From: Candidatus Saccharimonadota bacterium
GTDB taxonomy: Bacteria; Patescibacteriota; Saccharimonadia; Saccharimonadales; UBA4665
Assembly: GCA_963716945.1 (NCBI GenBank)
Contig: OY970322.1
Coordinates: forward strand, 720,001-752,000
Reading direction: 5' to 3'
DNA length: 32,000 nt
Shown here one piece after another: positions 25,133 to 32,000 of this stretch; position 1 is the first letter of the stretch, and each line of letters starts with the position of its first letter. The translations under genes and the position numbers were made by a program. The notes beneath the pieces were generated by a model. That model ran no database searches. It was not told the origin of the DNA and saw nothing but the letters and a program-made list of their open reading frames with translations.

Positions 25133-25992
25133 AACCTAAAGACCTGAAGACCAGGATTTTCTTAGACAGCGGCGACCCGGCCGAAACTGAGCGGATATTG
25201 TCACTCATGGGTTTCTTGGATGGTCAAACGACTAATCCGACACTGGTGTCGCGCAACCCCCACGCCCGCGAACGCTTCGACAAAGGCGAGAAATTTTCGG
25301 CGGACGAGATTTATGATTTTTACAAGCAGGTGGTCGGCGACATATCACAACTAATCCCCGAGGGTTCGGTATCGATCGAAGTCTACGCCGATAAGACGAC
25401 CTCGGCCGAAGCCATGCTGGAGCAAGGCCGCAAGATGTACGGCTGGATCCCGAACGCCCATATTAAGTATCCTGTCACGGCAGCTGGCTTGGCGGCCGCG
25501 GAACAGAGTGTCAAGGCGGGCCTGCGGGTCAATCTAACGCTCTGCTTCTCCCAAGCCCAGGCGGCAGCCGTTTACGCGGCCACGAAGGGCGCCCAGCCGG
25601 GCGGCGCCTTCGTCTCGCCGTTTGCCGGCCGTTTGGACGATATCGGCGAGAATGGTATGGCGGCCGTCGAAAATATAGTCAGGATGTATGCCAAAGGTGA
25701 CGGCCACACCGAAGTTTTAGCGGCCAGCATACGGACATATGATCACTTTATGCAGTCACTGGCCGCCGGCGCGGACATCGTTACGGCCCCTTTCGGCATA
25801 CTGGAGCAATGGGCCAAAGCCGGACGGCCGCTGCCCGGGCCTGATTTCAGCTACCACCCGCCGGGTCTCAAAGCTATACCGTACGAACAGATTGACCTGG
25901 ACCAGCCATGGCAGTCATTTGACATACGGCATCCCCTGACCGACAAAGGCATTGACAGCTTCTCGGCAGACTGGAACGCCTTGATCGGCTAA
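25129..25992 (+). CDS. tal: Transaldolase (short TalC/FSA-type core with insertion and about 55-aa C-terminal extension)
   Basis: [19 protein letters not shown], Schiff-base Lys context [30 protein letters not shown] overlap with tkt. Confidence 0.85.
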   Translation: MKPKDLKTRIFLDSGDPAETERILSLMGFLDGQTTNPTLVSRNPHARERFDKGEKFSADEIYDFYKQVVGDISQLIPEGSVSIEVYADKTTSAEAMLEQGRKMYGWIPNAHIKYPVTAAGLAAAEQSVKAGLRVNLTLCFSQAQAAAVYAATKGAQPGGAFVSPFAGRLDDIGENGMAAVENIVRMYAKGDGHTEVLAASIRTYDHFMQSLAAGADIVTAPFGILEQWAKAGRPLPGPDFSYHPPGLKAIPYEQIDLDQPWQSFDIRHPLTDKGIDSFSADWNALIG

Positions 25993-26624
25993 ACCGAGCC
26001 CAGGCTGTCTATAATCTCAAGGCAGCGCTCGACCTTCGTAATATCCAGGTCGTCATTACCGTCGCGAACGCCGCCGGCAATGTCGATGCCGTAGGGGTTG
26101 GTTTGGGCCAGCCTGACGGCCAGGTTGTCGGGTGACAGGCCGCCGGCCAGGAATAGCCTGCCCGGTTCGGCGGCAATTACCTCGGCTGCCAGTTCGGCGT
26201 CGACAAGCTCACCTTGCCCTTGCCGCGGCCGGTCAAGCACGAAGTAGGCGGCCGGAAAATTGTTTACGAACTCAATGATGTCGGCTGCCGCTTGGCCCGG
26301 CAAGACGGCAATAGCCCGGATGACTTCAGAGTCCACGCCCCGGGCATAGTCGGCAGCCTCATTGCCGTGCAGCTGAACGTAGTCAACTTTTAGGCGGCCG
26401 GCATACTCATTAACTTCGCCAAGCGGCCGGCCGGCGAATAAGGCCGCGACCTGAAGGCTGCTGCCGGCCAGCTCGGCCATGATGGCCTCCGCCGTTTCAA
26501 GCGATACGCACCGGCTGGACGCAGCTATGAAGTTGAGGCCGACTAGGTCAACCCCGCTAGCCCGCAGCAGCTTGGCCTCGGCCACGGATTTGACACCGCA
26601 AATTTTCAGCTTGGCGGCGCTCAT
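25989..26624 (-). CDS. trpF: Phosphoribosylanthranilate isomerase
   Basis: LKICGVKSVAEA, GLNF, VQLHG, AGGLSPDN. Its stop codon (25989-25991) interdigitates with the tal stop (25990-25992). Confidence 0.85.
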   Translation of the reverse strand: MSAAKLKICGVKSVAEAKLLRASGVDLVGLNFIAASSRCVSLETAEAIMAELAGSSLQVAALFAGRPLGEVNEYAGRLKVDYVQLHGNEAADYARGVDSEVIRAIAVLPGQAAADIIEFVNNFPAAYFVLDRPRQGQGELVDAELAAEVIAAEPGRLFLAGGLSPDNLAVRLAQTNPYGIDIAGGVRDGNDDLDITKVERCLEIIDSLGSV

Positions 26625-27634
26625 CGGCTGGCCTGGAACTCCTTGAGCTTAGCACTGCCGGCACCACTGGCCAGGATAATTCTGGCCCTTTCGATGCCGA
26701 GCTCGATCGAGGGTTCCTGGCCGGCTACATAAAAGCCCAACCCGGCATTAAGCACCACTACCCGTTGCCTGGGGCTTAGGTCGGCTGCGGGCTGCATGAC
26801 TTCGGTAATCAGCAGGGCGTTCTGGGCGGCGTCATCACCTGCCAGTTCGGACAGCGGCGCCGCGGCCAACTTGTAGTCGCTGGCTTGCAGCCGTTTCTTG
26901 ACTACTATCGATTGCTTGATCTCAAACAGGTTGACCGGCGCGGACAGACTGGCTTCGTCTAGGCCGTCCTGACTGGATAATACGATGGCATGGTCATAGC
27001 CCATCTGGGCCATGACGCTCGCTAGCAGCTCGGCGTTGGCTAAGGAAAACGTGCCGACAATCTGGCGTTTGACGCCGGCCGGGTTCAACAGAGGGCCTAG
27101 CAGATTGAAAACGGTCGGAAAACCCAGCTGCCGGCGTATTTGCGATAAACGTTTAAGCGACGGGTGGTACAATGGCGCGAACAGGAAGACGAAGCCGTGG
27201 TCGGCTAGCGCCCGGACGGCAGCTTCAGGCGGCAAATCGACCGGTACGCCAAGGGCTTCCAACACGTCGGCACTGCCGCACTTGCTGGTCGCCGCCCGGT
27301 TGCCATGCTTAGCCACGCTGACATTGCCGGCCGCCAGCAAAAGGGCTGCGGCCGTAGATATATTAAAGGTCCCTTGCTGGTCGCCGCCGGTCCCGCAAGT
27401 ATCGATAGCCTGCCCGGTGTAAGGCACCCGGACCATCCGCTCCCGCATAGCGTCGACGAAGCCGCAGACCTCATCGACCGTAACGGCTTTTTTGGTCAAA
27501 GCCGTTAACGCCTCGGCGATATCATCATCGCCCAGGCTGCCGTCGTCTATCATCAGCGACAAGAAAGCTTGGGCTTCGGCCCTGCCCATGTTCTGCCGCA
27601 TCTTTATATGCCTGACGTACTCTTCGAAACTCAT
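26621..27634 (-). CDS. trpD: Anthranilate phosphoribosyltransferase
   Basis: DTCGTGGDQQGTFNISTAAA, AKHGNRAATSKCGSADVLEALG. 4-nt overlaps at both ends. Confidence 0.95.
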   Translation of the reverse strand: MSFEEYVRHIKMRQNMGRAEAQAFLSLMIDDGSLGDDDIAEALTALTKKAVTVDEVCGFVDAMRERMVRVPYTGQAIDTCGTGGDQQGTFNISTAAALLLAAGNVSVAKHGNRAATSKCGSADVLEALGVPVDLPPEAAVRALADHGFVFLFAPLYHPSLKRLSQIRRQLGFPTVFNLLGPLLNPAGVKRQIVGTFSLANAELLASVMAQMGYDHAIVLSSQDGLDEASLSAPVNLFEIKQSIVVKKRLQASDYKLAAAPLSELAGDDAAQNALLITEVMQPAADLSPRQRVVVLNAGLGFYVAGQEPSIELGIERARIILASGAGSAKLKEFQASR

Positions 27635-28215
27635 TTTACGGCCTCCTTCAGGAAGTTCTTAAGCAGCGCTTTGCCGGTTTCGGTGCGGAAAGACTCCGGG
27701 TGGAACTGTAACCCGAAAGTCGGGTAATTCCGGTGATGGAAAGCCATCACCGACCCGTCGCCGGCCACCGAATCAACTGCCAGGAACGAAGGCAAAGTCT
27801 TGGCGTCGACGACCAGTGAATGATAGCGCATTACGGTAATTTTGTCAGGCAGGCCGGCGAACAGCCCTTGCCCGCTATGGCTTAGGTCACTGGTTTTGCC
27901 ATGCATAATAACCGGCGCCTTGGTAACCGAGGCGCCAAAAGCGGCGCCGATGCCTTGATGCCCCAAGCAAATGCCGAGTATCGGGTAGGTTTGGTGGAAC
28001 TCTTCGATAACCTGGCGGTTGCCGCCAAAATAATCCGGATCGGTAGGGTCGCCCGGGCCGGGCGATATGACGATGTGGCTGAAGTCGCCGGCCTTGATCC
28101 TATTAACCGGTATCTTATTATTCCGGGCAACCGTCACCTCGTCGGCCAGCTCGCCCAAATACTGGTACAAATTATAAGTAAAGGAGTCAAAGTTATCGAT
28201 CAGCAGGACCTTCAT
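27631..28215 (-). CDS. trpG: Anthranilate synthase component II (glutamine amidotransferase)
   Basis: IDNFDSFTYNL, PILGICLGHQ (catalytic Cys), LQFHPES. Confidence 0.95.
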   Translation of the reverse strand: MKVLLIDNFDSFTYNLYQYLGELADEVTVARNNKIPVNRIKAGDFSHIVISPGPGDPTDPDYFGGNRQVIEEFHQTYPILGICLGHQGIGAAFGASVTKAPVIMHGKTSDLSHSGQGLFAGLPDKITVMRYHSLVVDAKTLPSFLAVDSVAGDGSVMAFHHRNYPTFGLQFHPESFRTETGKALLKNFLKEAVK

Positions 28216-29552
28216 GACCGTTCCTCGCTGATAAAGGGCTTCATGGCGCGGTCCATGGCGGCTTTTTTGTCGCTGACTTCCTGATATTCGCGTTCCGGTT
28301 GCGAGTCGTAAACAATACCCGAACCGGAGTGGAGGACCAGTTTGCCGCGGCAGGCACTGACGGAGCGGATATTGACGGCGTGCACCGAATCGCCGTTGTA
28401 GCTGAAATAACCGATCGTGCCGCCATAAGGGCCGCGTTCGTAGCCCTCGAGCTCGGCAATCATCTTAATGGCTTCGATCTTGGGGGCACCGCTGAGCGTA
28501 CCGGCCGGGAAACTGGCCGCCAAGGCATCGAAAGCGTCGCGGCCGGCTTCAAGCCGGCCGGAGACAATCGATGATATATGCTGGACGTGGCTGAGTTTCT
28601 TGATGTACATCAGGTCGTCAATCCGTACCGAACCGATCCGGCTGATGCGGCCGACATCGTTGCGCGCCAGGTCGACCAGCATGCTGTGCTCGGCCACTTC
28701 CTTTTCATCATCAAGCAACCGGCGGGCCAATTCGGCGTCCTCGGCGGCAGTCTTGCCGCGCCTGATGGTGCCGGCCAGGGCCTCCAAGTAAACCTCGTCT
28801 TGCGGATTGGTATGGACTAGCAACTCGGGACTGGCGCCAAGCGTGACGATAGGCCCGAATTTCATGAAAAACATGAATGGCGAGGGATTGATACGGCGCA
28901 GCTCACGGTACAGGGCCAGCAGGTCGCCGCTGTAGTCATACTCGTAGCGGTTGGCCAGTACGACCTGAAAAACCCGGCCGTTCCGGATATCGCCGCGGGC
29001 TTTTTCGATCATCCTGTCGTAGTCGGCGTTATCTTTGGCCGTGCCGGTAAATTTAATCGAGAGCCGGCCGGCCGGTGCCTTGGCCCCCTCATACCACTCC
29101 GAACGGTCTTGTCCGTAATAAAAATACTCGGTCTGCCGGCCAGGCCGGAAAACCAGTCCGTCGTTATAGCGGCCAAACTCGAAATCAAAGAAATCCCGGT
29201 CATAACCAAACTTCAGGCTAGGCTCCAGGTAATGAATAGCTTCGTGCGAAAAGTAGCCGACCAGACCGCCGACATAGCCGCCCGGCAGCTGCCTGTCGAA
29301 GCTGATTTGGCGGCGCAGCTCATCATAAGGCTTGACCCCGGCGTGCTCCCGGCCGTCGGTGAAGAACTTATTACCCCGGGCTGCGTACACCTGTTCCGGC
29401 GCGACTCCGATATAGCTCTGGCCGCTGGTTTGGGGCTGGTACTTGTCGGCCAAGGTTTCGAGCAAGAAACAGTAATCGTGTTCACCGGCCAAGCGCTCGA
29501 ATACGTCTAAGGGGTCTTGGCTTAAGCCGGTGGGCCGCGTCCGCAAGTTCAC
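28212..29552 (-). CDS. trpE: Anthranilate synthase component I
   Basis: FLLETL, SPELLV, LAGTIRRG, HSMLVDLARND, FPAGTLSGAPK, GPYGGTIGY. Preferred start GTG 29552 is 4 nt after the trpA stop. The ORF-track start at 29627 would overlap trpA by 71 nt. Confidence 0.9.
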   Translation of the reverse strand: MNLRTRPTGLSQDPLDVFERLAGEHDYCFLLETLADKYQPQTSGQSYIGVAPEQVYAARGNKFFTDGREHAGVKPYDELRRQISFDRQLPGGYVGGLVGYFSHEAIHYLEPSLKFGYDRDFFDFEFGRYNDGLVFRPGRQTEYFYYGQDRSEWYEGAKAPAGRLSIKFTGTAKDNADYDRMIEKARGDIRNGRVFQVVLANRYEYDYSGDLLALYRELRRINPSPFMFFMKFGPIVTLGASPELLVHTNPQDEVYLEALAGTIRRGKTAAEDAELARRLLDDEKEVAEHSMLVDLARNDVGRISRIGSVRIDDLMYIKKLSHVQHISSIVSGRLEAGRDAFDALAASFPAGTLSGAPKIEAIKMIAELEGYERGPYGGTIGYFSYNGDSVHAVNIRSVSACRGKLVLHSGSGIVYDSQPEREYQEVSDKKAAMDRAMKPFISEERS

Positions 29553-29556
29553 CGCC

Positions 29557-30297
29557 CTACCCCGCCGCCAATGATTTGACGTAAGCCAGGCCGCCGGCAA
29601 TGCCGGAGGTTTGGACGGCCTTGACAATGGCGCTGCCGACGACAGCCATGTCGGCTATCGATAAGGCGCTTTCGGCATCGGCGGCCGACGCGATGCCGAA
29701 ACCGACCATCACCTCGGCCGTAGACTGTTCCCTGATAGTATCTACCAGCTGCTTAAGTTGTTCGGCCGGGGCGTACTTATTGCCGGTTATGCCCCTTTGA
29801 CTGGTAACGTAGACGGACCCGGGCTTAAAATCGAGTACGGCCCTCAGCCGGCTGTCCGGCATGCCCGGGCTCAGAACAGGTACGAGTTCAATGCCATACT
29901 TGGCTGCCAGGCCGCGCAGATTGTCGAATTCGGGACTGTCATAAGGCAAATCGGGGACTATCAGGCCTTTGACGTCGCAATCGGCAGCTTGGCGGCAAAA
30001 CTCGTCCAAGCCGAAGTGCCGGACTTTCTGCAGGTAGCTCATGATGTAGATATCCGTGTCGACACCCTGTTGGCGGGCCGTTTTAATCAGCTTGAAGCTG
30101 CCGGCCGTGGTCATACCGGCCGCTAGGGCGGTGTCATTAGCCCGCATGATGGTTTCGCCGTCGGCGATCGGGTCCGAGAAGGGTATCTGGACTTCGATGG
30201 CCGCGACGCCGGCCCGGTTCAGGCCGGCGAGCAGCTCCAGGCAGGACTTCTCATTAGGAAAACCGGCTACGACATGGCACATCAACGCTTTACTCAT
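29557..30297 (-). CDS. trpA: Tryptophan synthase alpha chain
   Basis: EVQIPFSDPIADGETI, GLIVPDLP, GFGI. 8-nt overlap with the trpB 3' end. Confidence 0.9.
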   Translation of the reverse strand: MSKALMCHVVAGFPNEKSCLELLAGLNRAGVAAIEVQIPFSDPIADGETIMRANDTALAAGMTTAGSFKLIKTARQQGVDTDIYIMSYLQKVRHFGLDEFCRQAADCDVKGLIVPDLPYDSPEFDNLRGLAAKYGIELVPVLSPGMPDSRLRAVLDFKPGSVYVTSQRGITGNKYAPAEQLKQLVDTIREQSTAEVMVGFGIASAADAESALSIADMAVVGSAIVKAVQTSGIAGGLAYVKSLAAG

Positions 30298-31492
30298 AGC
30301 CTTTAACCTCCCGCTTCAGGAATTCGCCGAACTCCTCCCGGCTAAAATGCTTGGCCAGCGTGAAAAGGTCCTTGTCGCCCCGGCCGGAAACGTTGATTAC
30401 GACCGTTTGGCCGGCATTGAGCCGCTTGGCCAGCTTCATGCCGTGAGCTACGGCATGGGCCGATTCCAAGGCCGGAATTATGCCTTCGCTGCGGGCTAAT
30501 GCCTCGACGGCCGCCAGGGCTTCCTTATCGCTGGCCCGGTCGAACTTTACCCGCCCCGTATCCTTAAGCTGGGCCAGTTCGGGACCGATCCCGACGTAGT
30601 CGAGGCCGGCCGCGACGCTGCTGGTCGGTGCCGTGTTACCGTCGGCATCCTGCAGAAAGTAGGACTTGTAGCCCTCCATGATGCCGGTTTCGGCGTCCGG
30701 AAAGCGGGCCGCATGCTGGCCTAGCTTCTTGCCCTTGCCGCCGGCCTCGACGCCGACCAGTTCGACTGCCGGCTCATCTACAAAAGCATAAAACGCGCCC
30801 AGCGCATTGCTGCCGCCGCCAACGCACGCCACAACGTAGTCGGGGTTGCGGCCCAGCTGCGAACGGATCTCCCGGCCGACGATTGACTGGAAGTCCCGGT
30901 TCATTCTCGGATAGGGATCAGGGCCCAGACAAGAACCAATAATATAGTGCGTGTCCTGGGAATTCTGCAGCCAGTCCCGGATAGTAGCGCTAACGGCGTC
31001 CTTAAGGGTCTTGGAGCCATGTGTCACCGGCACGACTTTGGCGCCCAGCAATTCCATCAGAACGACGTTGGGCCGCTGGCGCTTCATATCGACCTCGCCC
31101 ATGTAAATAGTGCAATCGAAGCCGAATTTGGCGGCCACGGTAGCTGTCGCCACCCCATGTTGCCCGGCACCGGTTTCGGCAATTAGCCGGGTCTTGCCAA
31201 GGTTCTTGGCTACCAGGGCTTGCCCGAGACAATGGTTAATCTTGTGAGCGCCGGTGTGGTTTAGCCCTTCGTTCTTGAGGTAAATCTGAGCGCCGCCGAC
31301 GGCCGCCGTTAAGTTTTTAGCAAATGTCAGAGGTGTCGGACGGCTGTTGTAGGCGGTTTGGAGTTCATGCAGCTCGGCTTTGAAGGCCGGGTCGTTCTTG
31401 AGACGGTCGTAGGCTTCGGCTACCGCTTCCAGCTCGCCTTGGAGCATTTCCGGCACGTAACGGCCGCCGTAATCGCCGAAGTAGCCTTTCAT
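30290..31492 (-). CDS. trpB: Tryptophan synthase beta chain
   Basis: YFGDYGGRYVPE, LKNEGLNHTGAHKINH (PLP Lys), ETGAGQHG, GGGSNA. Confidence 0.95.
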   Translation of the reverse strand: MKGYFGDYGGRYVPEMLQGELEAVAEAYDRLKNDPAFKAELHELQTAYNSRPTPLTFAKNLTAAVGGAQIYLKNEGLNHTGAHKINHCLGQALVAKNLGKTRLIAETGAGQHGVATATVAAKFGFDCTIYMGEVDMKRQRPNVVLMELLGAKVVPVTHGSKTLKDAVSATIRDWLQNSQDTHYIIGSCLGPDPYPRMNRDFQSIVGREIRSQLGRNPDYVVACVGGGSNALGAFYAFVDEPAVELVGVEAGGKGKKLGQHAARFPDAETGIMEGYKSYFLQDADGNTAPTSSVAAGLDYVGIGPELAQLKDTGRVKFDRASDKEALAAVEALARSEGIIPALESAHAVAHGMKLAKRLNAGQTVVINVSGRGDKDLFTLAKHFSREEFGEFLKREVKGYE

Positions 31493-32000
31493 GACTTTGC
31501 CGCCTCTTTGGGCGTTACCAGTTTCGTGATTGAGGCCTCAATACTGCCGGCCTCCATAAAATGGCTGCCGACCAAGGCCGCATCGGCAAAGTCCGATAAC
31601 GCGGCCAGGTATTCGGGACTGTCTATACCCGACTCCGCCACGCGGGCGTAATGGGTGTCAACTTCGCGCAATAATTCGTGGCGCTTGACGTCGACCTGGA
31701 ATGTCTTCAAGTCGCGGCTGTTAACGCCGATGCAGCGGGCCTTGGTCTTAAGCGCCAGCGCCAGCTCTTGGCGGTTATGGACTTCGACCAGCGGTTCGAT
31801 GCCAAGCTCCAGCCCCAGGTTTACCAGCTCGTTGAGCTCGTTTAGCTCAAACAAGGAGACGATTAACAGGTAAGCCTGGGCGCCCAGCAGCTTAGACTCA
31901 ACGATCTGGTACGGGTCAAAGATGAAATCTTTTCTAAGCAGGGGCTTGTTGTTAGGGTTATGCCGAGCAAAAAATTCCAGGGTATCGTCGCTGCCGAGAA
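31489..32000 (-). CDS. trpC: Indole-3-glycerol-phosphate synthase (partial, N-terminus outside window)
   Basis: The frame stays open from the ORF-track TTG (31854) to the window edge. Hand translation gives ...LRKDFIFDPYQIVESKLLGAQAYLLIVSLF..., then LVEVHN..E...AL and IGVNSRDL, all classic IGPS motifs. Confidence 0.9.
   Translation of the reverse strand, partial: LGSDDTLEFFARHNPNNKPLLRKDFIFDPYQIVESKLLGAQAYLLIVSLFELNELNELVNLGLELGIEPLVEVHNRQELALALKTKARCIGVNSRDLKTFQVDVKRHELLREVDTHYARVAESGIDSPEYLAALSDFADAALVGSHFMEAGSIEASITKLVTPKEAAKS

Noticed and set aside
29553-29627. Extended trpE N-terminus (ORF-track start 29627) overlapping trpA by 71 nt
   Set aside because: The extra residues (MSRPSKPPALPAAWLTSNHWRRGRA) look like out-of-frame trpA sequence. 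A GTG at 29552 lies 4 nt after the trpA stop, which matches the tight coupling seen at every other junction.
1-32000. Mobile elements, CRISPR arrays, prophage, toxin-antitoxin or defence islands
   Set aside because: No direct-repeat/spacer periodicity, no transposase, integrase or recombinase motifs, and no terminal inverted repeats were seen. The zeta-like P-loop protein has no adjacent epsilon-like partner. The only compositional anomaly is the tRNA/62-aa ORF patch reported above.

Overview
GC-rich, very tightly packed bacterial chromosomal segment. I support 33 protein-coding features (one is a 21-codon leader ORF, two run off the window edges) and 4 tRNAs. I saw no rRNA, CRISPR array, transposase or integrase. 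Layout: (i) 1-3.1 kb: partial glycosyltransferase-like gene, then a minus-strand trio of P-loop kinase, DUF45 metallopeptidase and soluble PAS histidine kinase. (ii) 3.2-8.4 kb: tRNA-Trp abutting a SerB-like HAD phosphatase, then an alpha-glucan cluster (glycogen-synthase-like GT, GH57, GH15). (iii) 8.4-9.6 kb: AT-rich patch with Cys-less L33, tRNA-Thr(TGT), tRNA-Thr(GGT), tRNA-Tyr(GTA) and a low-GC 62-aa ORF. (iv) 9.7-12.1 kb: an 813-aa protein made of about eight tandem DnaA-domain-IV-like HTH modules with no AAA+ domain. This is the most unusual object in the window. (v) 12.2-15.7 kb: TPR protein, holB, rluD-like gene and trpS. (vi) 15.7-26.0 kb: a 10-gene aromatic operon (aroB-aroA-aroK-aroE-aroD-aroC, chorismate mutase, tyrA::pheA fusion, tkt, tal). 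It is preceded by what looks like a ribosome-mediated attenuator whose leader peptide carries consecutive Tyr-Trp-Phe codons. (vii) 26.0-32.0 kb: a convergent minus-strand trp operon in the order trpC-B-A-E-G-D-F. Its last stop codon interdigitates with the tal stop codon. No DAHP synthase or aromatic aminotransferase is present in the window. All family calls rest on motifs read by eye from the supplied translations. No database search was run, and the taxon cannot be assigned from this sequence alone.
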